A DNA stretch of 64,000 nucleotides from Selaginella moellendorffii (GCF_000143415.4 NW_003314299.1:1223502-1287501), one strand, 5' to 3'; shown: positions 20,000 through 33,798, counted from the stretch's first letter. Program-made: numbers and translations. Notes: a model not told the origin generated them from the letters alone.

Positions 20000-22487
20000 G
20001 CCTGGCGCCGGGCTGGGATTTCGAGCTAGTAGCCGGGATAGAGGAAGCGATGAGGGCGATGAGCGAGGTGGTGTTGGGCTTGGCTTTCAAAGGGGAGGGA
20101 TTGGTTTCCAGGCTGATGGCGATGAGCCTGGTGGTGCTGGAACTGGTTTCCAGAGGGGAGGAATTGGTTTCCAGGCTAGCAACGAAGAGGGCGATGATCA
20201 GGCTAGGAACGAAGATGGAATTGGAGGACGAGGTGGACTTGGTTTCCAGAGAGGAGGAATTGGTTTCCAGGCTAGAAGTGAAGATGGTGATGGACGAGGT
20301 GGCGTGGGGCTTGGTTTTCAAAGGGGAGGAATTGGCTTCCAGGCTAGAAACGGGGATGCCGATGGACGAGCTGGTGTGGGACTGGGTTTCCAAGGTAATG
20401 GAGCTGCGAGTGCCGGGGACGATGACGATGGGGATCTGGAGCTGCCGAGTGCTCTGGGAAAGAAGATCCAAGAGAAAGTCCGGCAGAAGACAAAGAAGAA
20501 ACCCGGAGGCCCAGCTTCTAGTACCTCTGTTGAGTATGTCTGGCAGAAGCACACCAGCGAATTTACCAACAAGATGATGTCGAAGATGGGATTAACTGGT
20601 GGTACCGGCTTGGGAAAGAACTTGCAAGGCAGGGTGGCGGCGATTGAAGTGAAGTTGAGGCCCAAGAACATGGGGATGGGATACAATGACTTTCAGGAGG
20701 TGACGACGGGTCGTGATGATCCAGCAGCAGCGACAGAAAGCGAAGAAGTGGCCCATAGGTCGAGAGCAAACGAGCAGCTCTGGATGAAGAAGAACAAAAA
20801 GAAGGCAAAAACTTTCGTTTCAGCCGAGGAGCTCTTGTCACGGCAGCAGGGAAGAACAGTTGGCAAGGTTTTGGACATGACGGGGCCACAGGTGCGCGTT
20901 GTCACGGACATGAAGGACCTCAACGCCGAGAGAATGGTTGTCGAGGAGGACGACACCCCCATGCCGGAGCTCCAGCACAACTTGAAGCTCCTGGTAGATC
21001 TCGTTGCTTCGGACATCCAGCAGTACGACTCCAGGCTCAGGCACGACAAGCAAACCATCGCCATCCTTGAGAAGGACCGGGACCGGCTGCAGAAGGAGCT
21101 GGAGCTCCAGAGCAGGAGCCTCGAGGTGATGCACTCGATCACTTCCGCCATCGAAGGTGTCCAGCAAGAAGCTGCGTCGCGGAGGCTAACTCTAGACGGC
21201 CTGCTCAAAACCTTCGCCAAGCTCAAGGCCGAGTTCCCGGAGGAGTACAAGCTCTGGAACCTTTCAGCTCTGGTGCTGTCTCACGCGGCACCGAGGATCA
21301 CGTCTCACTTCCAAGCATGGCAGCCGCTCCTCCAGCCGTCCCGAGGTGTCGACGTTCTCCTTCCGTGGATGGAACTCCTCCAGGAGCAGGAGGAGGAGGC
21401 GATCTTCACCGAGGTGGACTCTTCTCCGTATACTCGCCTGGTGATGGAAACGGTGCTGCCGCATATCAACCGTGCGGTGATCAACTGGGAAGCTCGAGAG
21501 CCGGAGCCGCTCCTCCGGGTGCTCGAGGTGTGGGAGAAGCTCCTCCCAGCGTCGGTGTTCCAGAGCGTGCTGGACAGCTGCGTGATGCCCAAGCTGCGAG
21601 CTCAGGTGGAGGCGTGGGATCCATTGCAGGACACGGTCCCGGTTCACCACTGGGTGCATCCCTGGCTGCCGCTCCTCGGCTCGAGGATGGACCCGGTGTG
21701 CGATACCATCCGGTGGAAGCTAAACAGCGTGCTGCAAGCCTGGGATCCCAGTGACGTTTCGGCCTACTTGATGCTCTCGCCGTGGCACTCGGTGTTTGAT
21801 GCGGCGAGCTGGGAGCAGCTCCTGGCACGGAACATCGTCCCGAAGCTAAAGGTGGCGCTCGAGCAGCTGGAGATCAACCCGGCACAGCAGCGGCTGGAGC
21901 CTTTCTCGTGGGTGATGGCCTGGGCTCCGGTGATGCCGCTCCGTCTCATGATCCGGATGCTGGAGGAGAAGTTCTTCCCGAAGTGGCACCACGCGCTGTT
22001 CGCATGGCTGGGATCCAACCCGGACTTTGACGAGGTGACGCAGTGGTACCAGGGGTGGAAGTCGGTGCTGCCGGCGGAGCTGCTGGCCAACGATCGCGTA
22101 AGGTGGCAGCTCAACGGGGCGCTGGAGATGATGAACCAGGCGGTGGAGGGGGCGCCGCTGGTGATGCGCGACGCGGAGCAGTGGCAGCAGCAGTTTGTGG
22201 AGAAGAAGTTCGCGGCGGTGGCGGTGGCGGTGGCGGAGGCGGAGGCAGAGATGAGCTTGAAGGAGGTGGTGGAGAGCTTCGCGCAGGAGAAGGACGTCCA
22301 GTTCTTGCCAAAGCCGGGGCGGCTGCACCAGGGGCTCCAGGTTTATGGATTTGGATCGGTGAGTATCGCGGTGGACAATCACAAGCAGGCAGTCTTGGCT
22401 CAGGCTGGGCAGAAGTGGACGTCCGTGTCGCTGGAGCAGCTGCTCGAGATCCACCATGCTCGAAAGGGTGGCAAGTGGAACTCTTGA
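19647..22487 (+). CDS. STIPL1: Septin/tuftelin-interacting protein (TFIP11/NTR1/STIPL), G-patch spliceosome disassembly factor; single exon
   Basis: DGEWIDGEFYY..QTKEEALYG, G-patch KMG..G.GLGKNLQG, PMPELQHNL, GCFC region, VQFLPKPGR..GLQVYGFG. Confidence 0.93.
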
Positions 22488-22737
22488 GCGATTGACAAGA
22501 TCGACAGGTTTCGAAGAAGAGGAGATTGACAAGATCGAAAGTTTTCGAAGAAGAAGAGCTCTTGAGCGATTGACAAGATCGAAAGGTTTCGAAGAAGAGT
22601 GTGCGAAAAGATTTCGTAGAAGAGCTCTTGGGCGATTGACAAGATGGAAAGATTTCGAAGAAGAAGCGCTCTTGGGCGATTGAAGAGCTCTTGGGTGACA
22701 ACCAAGATCGAAAGTTTTCGAAGAAGAGCTCTTCGAA
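22481..22737. repeat. Degenerate ~40-bp tandem repeat
   Basis: ctcttg(a/g)gcgattgacaagatcgaaagttttcgaagaaga recurs about 5-6 times immediately after the STIPL stop codon. Confidence 0.8.
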
Positions 22738-22843
22738 AGAATTTTTTAACTAAACTTTGACCTTTAACTTTGCCCTTGGATTAAATTTGAGTTAACTTAG
22801 GTCACCTAGGAGTGTTCTTCCTTTTCTCTTTGGCCCGGTGGCC

Positions 22844-25800
22844 ATGGCTGCCTCGCTCTCGCGGAATTCGTCCGGCCGGGCGGCAGCAGGATTATTGCCC
22901 TATCCAGCCAAGTTCCACGTCGCGGCGGCCTACGCGGGCTTCTCAGCTGACGACGACGACTACGAGAATGTGGCTCTCCCGCTCGGATCGCTCTTCACGC
23001 CAGAGATGGCGCTGCTCTTGTATGGGCTCTATATGCAGGTATGGATCTTCGCCATGCTGGATCGGCAGCTAGATCGCTTGCCCTGGAAATATTTCGGTGT
23101 AATCCTCTGGAATTTTGGGATCCAGGCCACGGTCGGGCCGTGTACAGCTGCGAAGCCTCGGATGTGGAATACCCAGGAGCATTTCAAATGGAAGAGGTAT
23201 AGCTTGAATTTGGAGAGAGTTGGGCTTTAACGTTTCCTTTAGTTGGAGCGAGTTTAAAGAGTTGCCATCAATTGAAGCTATGCGGCTCTTCGTTAGAACC
23301 TTGGAAGTAAGTGTTTCGATGTTTTTTCGAGAGTTTCCATCGATTTTCCTTTGCAGGAACAAGATCCAGACTGGTATTTCAAGTCGCAAGGGAGCGAAGT
23401 TGAGGCAATTGGCGAAATGGTAAGAACGCTTTACATGTTTTTCGTTTTTGTGTTAGGAACTTTAACTCTGCTGCATTCTTTCAGCCTGTGCAAGACAATG
23501 ATTTAAATCCAAGTCTTCAAGAGGAGGACATCCCCGCTGTAAACAATTCTCCTCCATCTCCCCCGCTGCCATCAGCAAATGGTGGGATCGGCACGGAGGT
23601 GAAAATGGAAGAAAACGATGTCGAGTGCTCCACTATTATGGAGATTGATGTTCGCAACGAATGGCTTTCACCTCTGGTATCTGGACGACGACCAGCAGCT
23701 CGCTATCAGGTTTGTCTTTCATATGTGGGAAACTAGATCAAGAACGCTATAAACTTTGGTCTTTGCGCAGCATGCAGCAGCGGTTGTACACGATAAGATG
23801 TTCGTGATTGGAGGGAACCACAATGGCCGGTACTTGAACGATGTCCAGGTATGTAGATTTTCGCTCACTAATAACTGATGTTGGAATTTTCGTCATAGGT
23901 TCTCGATCTAAGAACGCTCACCTGGTCCAAAGTTGAGCAAAAGCTCCCAACGTCTCCTTTGTCGTCGTCCATGCCTCCGATCCCTTCAAATCAGATTTTG
24001 TCACCCTGTGCCGGTCATAGCCTGGTAATTTTTCTAGCTTTATACTTTCATCTTACATTCTTCCTGAGTGTTTTTCCAGATTCGGAAGAACAGGATGCTG
24101 TTTGTTGTGGGTGGCCACTCGAAAAACTCCCCCGACTCTGTCTCAGGTTAATGTAATGCAGAGGAACTTTGAGATCCATCTCACTTCAGTGCTCTCTATC
24201 TCCAGTTCATGCTTTTGATACGGAGACTTTCACTTGGTCGCTTTTCCCAACGTATGGACAAGCTCCGGTACGTGTGACATACGGTATCACGACAAGATTG
24301 ACCATTCGCTGTTTGTGGTGCTCAGATCGCGAGAAGGGGCCAGTCCGTTTCACTGATCGGATCCAACTTAGTCATGTTTGGTGGAGAAGACTCCAAAAGG
24401 CGTTTGCTCAATGACCTCAACATCTTTGATCTGGAAACAATGACATGGGAAGCTGTCGATGCAATGTAAGTCGTTTGGTCTTGCTTGTTTGTATCTATAT
24501 CCTTCACTTTCAGAGGACCGCCTCCATCTCCTCGTGCCGACCACGCTGCAGCGGTCTATGCTGGTCACTACCTATACATATTTGGGGGTGGCTCACATTC
24601 CAGCTGCTTCAGTGACTTGCATGTTCTGAACTTGAAAACGGTAGGCTTGATGCATTGCTCCTTTGAACTTATGGATTCGTGACTTCAGATGGAATGGTCC
24701 CGCAAAGAGACTGAGTATACACCCACGCCTCGTGCAGGCCATGCTGGCGCAACAGTTGGTGATTTGTGGTACATTGTTGGTGGAGGGGACAATAAATCTG
24801 GTAAGTGTATCGTCCATTTTATGTTTGTTTTAACTTCTCCTGTACCATGTCCTATACCAGGGATTTCCGAAACGATTGTACTGAACATGAAAACGCTTGA
24901 CTGGTCACTTGTAACTTCTGTGCCTGCACGGACGTATATCGCATGCGAGGTATGACATTTTGATTGTCCTTGCCGGCCTTTTTCCGATTTTATTGGTCAT
25001 TTTCTGTCCTGCCTAGGGATTGAGTCTCGTCTCCGCGTGTTTGAATGGCGAAGAAACTTTAATAGCCTTTGGTGGCTACAACGGAAAATACAGCAATGAG
25101 GTTTGTTGTTTTTTTCTTTTTTGAGACTGTGACTTGTATTGAGGTGGAAGCTTTCAGATGCATGTCCTGAAGACGGGCATAAGCCAATCAAAGGCGTCTC
25201 CAGCTCCAAGTTTTGGTGGCAGCCATTTTACGGAGGTTGGAGAATCTGCAGACGTGCCCGAGAGCTCAATAATTTCGAAGGAACCAGTAGATCATCAGCC
25301 TACGCCTACGGTATCATGTTTTTACGCGTCTCCATGTTATTTACTGTTTCTCTTTTCTTTCCAGGAGAATGGCGGCTACAACACTCCAAAGTTGCTGGAG
25401 CTTAAACGGGAGCTTGAGGTGGCTCTAACGTCATGCCAAGACGAAAATAACAAGCTAAAGAGCGAGCTGTCGATCACTACGAACGATCTCTCCATGGTCT
25501 TTCTTCGTTTTGTGCACGAAACGTTAGTTCTACAATTTCTCTTTACTGTGCAGGAGTTGCAGTCAGTTCGGGGCCAGTTCGTGGCCGAGCAAACGAGATG
25601 CTTCAAATTGGAGGTAAAGTCAGCCTGCAAGAGAAACCTGTCCCGTAACCTTGCATTTTCTTTCTCCAGGTCGAAGTCGCAGAGCTGAGGCAAAAGCTCC
25701 AGTCCATGGAGGCGTTGCAAAAGGAGGTGGATTTGCTACGACGGCAAAAGGCTGCCTCGGACCAAGTCGCGGCCCAGCTCGTCCAGCAGAAGCAAAACGC

Positions 25801-25867
25801 CTCTGGAGGTATGTGGTCGTGGCTCGCAGGGACTCCCGGCGAGGGAGGCAAAGTTTTAGATTCCTGA
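22844..25867 (+). CDS. ACBP4: Acyl-CoA-binding protein with kelch repeats (class IV, ACBP4/5-like), multi-exon
   Basis: YPAKFHVAAAY, LLLYGLYMQATVGPC, kelch motifs (GGNHNGRYLND, PSPRADHAA, PRAGHAG), coiled coil, GMWSWLAG. Confidence 0.92.
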
Positions 25868-27857
25868 AAGAAAGCTTAGCTGCACGAAGGAGAGAAAACT
25901 TAAAAACCGTGACGATGAGAAGTGGAAAAAGAAGCTCGGCTTCGAGATTTTGTGGTAATGCGAGGTAATGGTTTTTTCCAAGCTCTAGATCGTGTTAACT
26001 CGTTAGATTCCAGGCCGTTTTATAAAGATATTAATCGGTATTTTTTAGCGAAGCCATTGAACGCTGTGTAACATTGGCGGTACAGCAAATAAATTTTCAT
26101 TCCTTTCGTGCTGAGAAATGTCAAAGCTGAAATATTAGATCAAATATATGCTAAGTTGATTATTACTTTTGTTTAGTCCTATTATTGTTTTTATTATTAT
26201 AATATTGGACCTTAAAGGTCCAAAAATTTAATAATTGGTTCTTATACGGCATCGTAGCCGTACACCATCGTTGGCCTCCATATAAAAATTCCAAAGAGTG
26301 CAAGCTAGCGAGCCATTGAAAGGTGTGTATCATCCATCGGCCATGGAAAAGTGAAAAGAAACTCCTATCATTCCTTTGGATCTTTCGTGCTACAGCGAAG
26401 AACGCAAACTCTCTTGGCATGATCTTTGTCTCGTATCATTGGCTCTTTTCATGCGGATGCTCGAAACTTTAATAGCCTTTGCTGGCTACAACGGAAAATA
26501 CAGCAATGAGGTTTGTTGTTTTTTTCTTTTTTGAGACTGTGACTTGTATTGAGGTGGAAGCTTTCAGATGCATGTCCTGAAGACGGGCATAAGCCAATCA
26601 AAGGCGTCTCCAGCTCCAAGTTTTGGTGGCAGCCATTTTACGGAGGTTGGAGAATCTGCAGACGTGCCCGAGAGCTCAATAATTTCGAAGGAACCAGTAG
26701 ATCATCAGCCTACGCCTACGGTATCATGTTTTTACGCGTCTCCATGTTATTTACTGTTTCTCTTTTCTTTCCAGGAGAATGGCGGCTACAACACTCCAAA
26801 GTTGCTGGAGCTTAAACGGGAGCTTGAGGTGGCTCTAACGTCATGCCAAGACGAAAATAACAAGCTAAAGAGCGAGCTGTCGATCACTACGAACGATCTC
26901 TCCATGGTCTTTCTTCGTTTTGTGCACGAAACGTTAGTTCTACAATTTCTCTTTACTGTGCAGGAGTTGCAGTCAGTTCGGGGCCAGTTCGTGGCCGAGC
27001 AAACGAGATGCTTCAAATTGGAGGTAAAGTCAGCCTGCAAGAGAAACCTGTCCCGTAACCTTGCATTTTCTTTCTCCAGGTCGAAGTCGCAGAGCTGAGG
27101 CAAAAGCTCCAGTCCATGGAGGCGTTGCAAAAGGAGGTGGATTTGCTACGACGGCAAAAGGCTGCCTCGGACCAAGTCGCGGCCCAGCTCGTCCAGCAGA
27201 AGCAAAACGCCTCTGGAGGTATGTGGTCGTGGCTCGCAGGGACTCCCGGCGAGGGAGGCAAAGTTTTAGATTCCTGAAAGAAAGCTTAGCTGCACGAAGG
27301 AGAGAAAACTTAAAAACCGTGACGATGAGAAGTGGAAAAAGAAGCTCGGCTTCGAGATTTTGTGGTAATGCGAGGTAATGGTTTTTTCCAAGCTCTAGAT
27401 CGTGTTAACTCGTTAGATTCCAGGCCGTTTTATAAAGATATTAATCGGTATTTTTTAGCGAAGCCATTGAACGCTGTGTAACATTGGCGGTACAGCAAAT
27501 AAATTTTCATTCCTTTCGTGCTGAGAAATGTCAAAGCTGAAATATTAGATCAAATATATGCTAAGTTGATTATTACTTTTGTTTAGTCCTATTATTGTTT
27601 TTATTATTATAATATTGGACCTTAAAGGTCCAAAAATTTAATAATTGGTTCTTATACGGCATCGTAGCCGTACACCATCGTTGGCCTCCATATAAAAATT
27701 CCAAAGAGTGCAAGCTAGCGAGCCATTGAAAGGTGTGTATCATCCATCGCCCATGGAAAAGTGAAAAGAAACTCCTATCATTCCTTTGGATCTTTCGTGC
27801 TACAGCGAAGAACGCAAACTCTCTTGGCATGATCTTTGTCTCGTATCATTGGCTCTT
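25053..27857. repeat. 1410-bp-offset tandem duplication (25053-26447 and 26463-27857)
   Basis: Identical ORFs at +1410; only 2 substitutions seen; 15-nt filler at 26448-26462. Confidence 0.95.
26463..27277 (+). pseudogene. Promoterless duplicate of the last ACBP4 exons
   Basis: Begins in mid-exon and carries the coiled-coil and C-terminal exons only. Confidence 0.75.
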
Positions 27858-28269
27858 CGGAGAATTTGCGATTAGTTTAAAGGTAAAAAGCTCTTTAGTG
27901 CCTTGCTTTTGGCAGTTGTGTGTTCGAATCTCACCCGATTTAAATAGTTGGGCCACGTTTCGGTGATTTGGGCCACCGGCCGGCCGTCCGTACTGGCGAT
28001 TATAAAGCTCCCATGGCTATGGCGATCGTGAGGTTTCTTTCGTAATAAAGGAGACGCCGCGGCTGCGCCTTTTCCCTCTCGGTGGTAATGCGTCGCCTTT
28101 TCGGCGGTGTCAGCGCCTTGCGCGTGTTCTTGAAATAGCAGCGGCGATCGATCGATCGAGCATCGGCCGGCATTGGTGAAGCGCGGAAGAATCCCTGGCG
28201 CTCCTGCATTTCGCGTTCTCGCATTGCTCGATCCCTCGGTGAGAGATTCTTGCGCGCGCGATCGATATT

Positions 28270-29476
28270 ATGGCCGCGGTGGAGAATGGCGGCGACGGCC
28301 GATTGGACAGCGCGGTGTTTGGCGGATGCGCGCCGTGTCGATTGCCGTGGAGGAGCCGCGTGCCAGCGGATCACTCCGGGAGCGTGCTCCAGCACTTGCG
28401 GCACCAGCAAGATTGCAGCACCAGCAGCGATTTCCCCAGCTCCAGATCGGTGTCGGCCGTCGCCAAGGTCTTCTCGGTCCAGAGGAGTCGATTGAAATTC
28501 GAGTCTGGCAAGAATCTCATCTTTCTATGTAAGTACTCATTTCCATTTCCTTGGCTTGCTGTGTAGTAGGGTTAAAATATGCTGTGTCCTTTCTTTCTTT
28601 ACAGACGAGCCCGGTAAGCAAGTCGCGAGCGCCGTGAAAATAAAGAATGTGAGTCGATCGCCTGTCGCATTTAAGGTACCTGGGCATCACACTTTTGCTC
28701 CTCTCTCTCGGCCGCTCACTCAAACGTTTTTCCCTGTTTGGTTTTTTCTCGCAGTTCCAGACGACAGCGCCCAAAAGCTGTTTCATGTGCCCCCCAAATG
28801 GCGTTATCATGCCCAACGAGACAATCGTCGCTAAAGGTGATAAGCCTTGATAGATTATACCATTTGGGAAAATCCAAAGTCTCTGAGCTATCGTGCTACA
28901 GTTGTAAAATATGTCGAGGTTCCCGAGGGGCCGCAGCAGCACCCAAGGAAGCTCAAAGACAAATTCCGGATTGTTAGTCTCAAAGTGAAGGAGGGAGTGG
29001 AGTACACCCCAGAACTGGTACGTTTTATATGCATGTTTTACTGGCTGGCTAACCATCTGGATGTGAGAAGTTCGACGAGCAAAAGGATCTTGTGGCGGTG
29101 GAGAGAGTCTTGAGAGTGGTTTTCTTGGACCCGCAAACAGCATCGCCGGTCTGTATCGATTTTATCTTAAGATTGTTTTTATCTCCAGCGACTCACCGTT
29201 TGTCTTCAAGGCGGAGCTGGAGAAACAACAGAAGCGCTTGGCCGAGGCTGACGCTGCACAAGAGGCCCGAAAAAAGCCTCAAAATGATCGATCCCATAAA
29301 GGAGGTGCTGTGCAGGGATTTGTGATTGATGAATGGGTATGCAGCTTCCTTCGTCACATTATCGCTCACAAATTAACTGTTCTTCTCTTCTCTTGTTTTT
29401 TCTTTTCGTTTTGTAGAAGGAGCGCCGCGAAAAGTATCTAGCTAAGCAGCAAGCCGAAGCTCAGGATTCCTACTAA
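28270..29476 (+). CDS. Vesicle-associated protein 4-type (VAP/PVA4, MSP domain), spliced
   Basis: EPGKQVASAVKIKNVSRSPVAFKFQTTAPKSCFM.PP, KDKFRIVSLKV, VIDEWKERREKYLA. Confidence 0.9.
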
Positions 29477-30665
29477 AACTTAAAGGTCTGGACATCAACC
29501 TCTTCCTGTCGTCAAAGCCGAATCGGTTGCTCAAGTTTGTAGCAGTAGTGGGCTTGAGAGAGCTTTGAGTCGAGTTTTCCTTTACTACTGGGAGCAGCTT
29601 TGAAGCTAAGCCCAGAAGCAATGTGTCAGATCCCGAGAGGCGAGGAAACTGTGTCCAGCTAGGCTCTCAACATCATCTCCGCTTGCAAGTCAATGGGTGG
29701 TGGTTACTAGTGTTGTTTTCTATGGCCTGCTTATCTGTTGAAAGAGAGAGAGGAGAGAGAGAGAGAAGGGGTCGTCTAGCTCCGCTAGTTGTCGCAGCAA
29801 ACGAACGAACGTGGTCTCGAGATAAATCACAAAACAATGGGGGTGCGGATGTCCCTGTCGAAAGTGTCTTGTGTGTGGGTGTGAGATGAACGAGCTGAGT
29901 AATGCTCGATGCATGTTGTGTTTGTGGAGTTCTTTTTCTTAAGTTTCCATAGTTTCTCAGGGGCTAGGCTTTGTTTATGAAGTTTCATTTGTACGTGCTT
30001 GTGTGTTTGTGTTTTGATGTGTGTGTGTGTGTGTGGTGTTGTTTGCAGGGATGATTTTCAATTTCACATGGAAGTTACGCACACTTGGTGGTTAGCCTGT
30101 TGACGTCTGTTCACGCGAACGGAGACGCCAGGTCTGTTGACTTAACGGAGATTCTGGCGTTGCTGCAAGAATTCAGGTACATGGCATACGATTGAAAATC
30201 TGGGAGTGCGTATTTATAAATATTTCTGGTGTTGCTTCTGTGTGGGGTTTTGCTTTGCTGTGGCGGATTTACCCGTATGTATGGCCGATTGATTGATTGA
30301 TATGTCCAGAGTGGTAGGAGTTCTGGCGTGGGATTATAATTATCTATGCATTTTCTTTTATATCCAACAGGCATGGATATATATTTTGTATGCCCCTCCT
30401 ACTCCCTCTTTCTTCTTCTCTCTCTCTCTTTCTCTCTCTCCTGGCCGTGTGTGCATGCCGCTTAGCTATTAGTAATCCAGATCCTGCGCTGCTTCCGGTG
30501 ATGACGATGATGGCTGTGGCTGTGCTTGCGTGGTTTACAAAGCAGTGAAGTACTCATAAGACTTTATATTGTAGATCTGCGTCCAGGCCAGGAAAAGCAA
30601 GTTATTTGGGTTCTCGGTCCCGTGTCTTCTACACCGGCGGCAGGAGGTGTACATGTAGTCCAGGA

Positions 30666-32701
30666 ATGAGGATCAGGAAGCGTCCCTCCTCGGGACCGCA
30701 AAAGCAGCGTTTGATTCAGCAGCTGCCGGCGACTTACAAGTACGTTTTTTCAACGGGTTGGTTGTTGAAGAGAGCATATGAAGAGCATGACAAGCAGCAA
30801 AGTACGGGGGTGTTAGATTCAAGGTGTAGCAGGCTTCCTGAAGAACGGGGATTGTCGCTTCATGGTGGATTGTGGCAGTCCAAAGCAGGGTACAGGGACG
30901 ATGGAGTAGCAAACACGTCGTTACAATGTTGCAGGTGTGAACAACAAGAAAAGAGCTCGGGTGTAGGCAGGGAATGCAAGCAGCCTCCGCAGCAGCAGCA
31001 CCCAATTGGTGAGGAGGCAATTGGGGAGGAGCCGCGAACGCCACCTCCTTTCTGCGGCGAGAAGCCAGCCTTGGCACGGCAAAGGTCCGAGCATGAACTT
31101 CATCCGGGGCCGGTCGTGGACGAGAAGTTTTGCTCCTGTGGGAAAGACCAGCAGAGGCAGAAGCGGAAGCAGCAGACGAAGAAACCAATTCAGGACTTGG
31201 TCAAAGGGGAATCTTCGGGCTCAGGACGGAAGAGAACGAGAACCCGCGTGGTGGAGCAGCACCAGCAGCAGGAGGCGGCGAGTGAAGATGACCATGGCCT
31301 TCTGCGTGCTTCTTCGAGACTACGGGTAAGACGCGTACATGCCATTTTCCTGCTTTAGTGCTCGCTGCTTTTTCTGCGTTTGTGTTTGCATTGAATATTG
31401 CGTTGCATTCCTTGCATAGGTAGCCTTCCTTTCACAGGGTAGTTGTTTTTCTGGTTGCTGGTTGCTGCTGGTGTTAAGAGGCCACTGACCAATATTAGAA
31501 GACGGGTGCGCTAGATACTTTTAATGCCTGAAGCATAAGTTAAGCAAGCTGAAACACCGGATTGAATAGTCTTGCATCGCATGGGTGCCGTCAATTCCGC
31601 GTGTTCTCTTTTCAAGCTTGCCGCTGAATTCTCCATCGAGACTAGATGGCCATTGTCGTCTAGCAGAGAATGCCTGCTTGATTTGTATAGAAGAACTTCT
31701 GGCTGTTGCATGAGAGTGGGGCTGGATATTCTTTCCCAAAAGCTGACTGTGACATTGAATGATCTCCTTTGTGTGCTGCCATGTCTGTGTCTGGTGGCGC
31801 AGGATACAGCTGAATCAAGCGGGCGCTCTTCACATGATAATTGTGGTCCTCAACAAAGGTAATGCGTTGCATGCAACGCTCCCACTTCTGGTTAAGCGCT
31901 AACCAAGCGAATTTTTGGTTTTCTTTTGCATTTGCGAGCAGCAGGCTCAAAGCTGGTGGTGGAGCCTCGCTTGGTGGTATTTGTTTGTTTTTGCTCCTAT
32001 GCATCCAACAGCACTAGCACTTTTTGTTCGCAGGGGAGTCGTACTTGCGAGAGCTGGGCAAGATGGACCCGCTTCGCCGAGCACTGCACACGGTGGTGTC
32101 GGAGGCTGGCATCGCGGGGCTCACAGCTCGAGAAGCGGCGGACAGGATCTCGAGGCGGGGGTTGCTATCCGAGGCAGACATTCCCAGGTCCGTCAAGATG
32201 GCCAAGGTGATGAGGGACAGCCCATACTTGCTGGAGCTGACACGGGGTAGCAAGTTCGTGCTGTGGAGCACATTCCTCGAGGAGTCCTCCAGAAAGGCCG
32301 GCTTTTTCCACAGTGGTGGTGCTGGTGCTGGTGGTGATAACCGAGCTCCGCCAGCCACCGTCACCGCCAAGGCGAGAAGAAGAGCACAGGCTCTCTACGC
32401 AGCTCCTCCTGCAGCAGCAGCAGCAGCAGCAGTGCTAGTCGCAAGCTCCGGGGAAGAACAACAAGCGGGAAACCAGGATGATCGGTACCGAGCAGTAAAT
32501 GGTGTGAGCTTTTATAAAGCTCAAGTTCACAGGGAAGATCACGCTTGTACGAGCGTAGTACGGCAGGAGGTTGGTGGTGGTGATCTGAGGGAAGCGATTG
32601 GAATTCGGCAAGATCACAGAGAAGTTCTTGGGAAGGAAGTGGTGAAGCGGCAGTTCTTCGACTTGAACCTAGCTCCGCAAGAACAGGAGGAAGAAATGTG
32701 A
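30666..32701 (+). CDS. HARE-HTH-like winged-helix protein with C-terminal EAR motif (4 exons)
   Basis: Exons 30666-31325, ~31803-31858, ~31945-31976 and 32034-32701 join in phase 0/2/1. ALHTVVSEAGIAGLTAREAADRISRRGL resembles the RLT/HB1 HARE-HTH; FFDLNLAP lies at the C-terminus. Confidence 0.65.
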
Positions 32702-33024
32702 GAACTTTGAGGCCAGGGAGCAAAGAATTGCTTGGGGATTCCAATCGATGGATTGGGCGAAAGAAAAAAGGTGTGATCGATCGATCGATTCGATCGATCC
32801 ATTATTTTTTCATTCCTCTTTCTTTTAACTTTATATAGACTGTCGGTTCGTCCGACGTGGCAAGCGCCCATTGGCTGTTCAAAGGACGCCCGAAAGGAAA
32901 GAGGAAGCACAAAAGGAGGGTTTGATTTTTTAGGGTTGAGACAGGCAGCTAGGGTTTGGTGGTTTGTTGTGTCCGCAGCCGATTCGACTCGAGTCTTCTC
33001 TTCTCCCCGCCGGCAGTAGCGAAT

Positions 33025-33798
33025 ATGAGTGGCAAGCAGCCCGCGGCGAAGAGCTCCTTCAAGCAGGAGCATGATCTCGGTGAGAGGAAATTTGCCCCAA
33101 AAACGGTTTTTTGGGTGTGCTTGATTGTGGCTTTTGTTTCGATTGCGCAGATCCTTTTGATTGATTTGTCGCTTACTGTTTCATAGCATGGAATTCGTTC
33201 TCACCCTTTTTGTTTTGCTCTCTCGCTCGCAGAGAAGAGAAAGGCCGAGGCTGCTAGGATTAGGGAGAAGTACCCAGAGAGAATTCCGGTAAATAACTGT
33301 CCTATAAAGGATGGATTTTTCGTTTGATCTTTCTGGCTGGATGTTCTAAAGTTCGCTCGTTCTTTTCTCCAGGTGATTGTTGAGAAGGCCGAGAGGAGTG
33401 ACATCCCAAACATTGACAAGAAAAAGTGAGTTTTTATCCTTGTTTGTTTTGTCCCTTTTCTCGTTCGCGAGCTGACCGAAAGGTGCAGGTATCTAGTTCC
33501 AGCCGACTTGACGGTTGGGCAGTTTGTCTACGTGATCCGCAAGCGGATTAAGCTCAGCGCCGAGAAGGCGATCTTCATCTTTGTAAATAACGTTCTCCCT
33601 CCCACTGGTACGTTTCTTGCCCGCGACCCCTTACATCTTCCAGGCGTTGTCCTGAAGCTAAAGACTTGGTTCTTTTTTCCATTTTTTCTTTCCTGTGCAG
33701 CCGGAATCATGTCTGCAATCTACGACGAGCACAAAGACGAGGACGGTTTTCTGTACGTTACATACAGTGGCGAGAACACGTTCGGCCTCTCGCTATGA
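33025..33798 (+). CDS. ATG8: Autophagy-related protein 8
   Basis: [33 protein letters not shown]...[20 protein letters not shown]...YSGENTFG. Confidence 0.97.
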
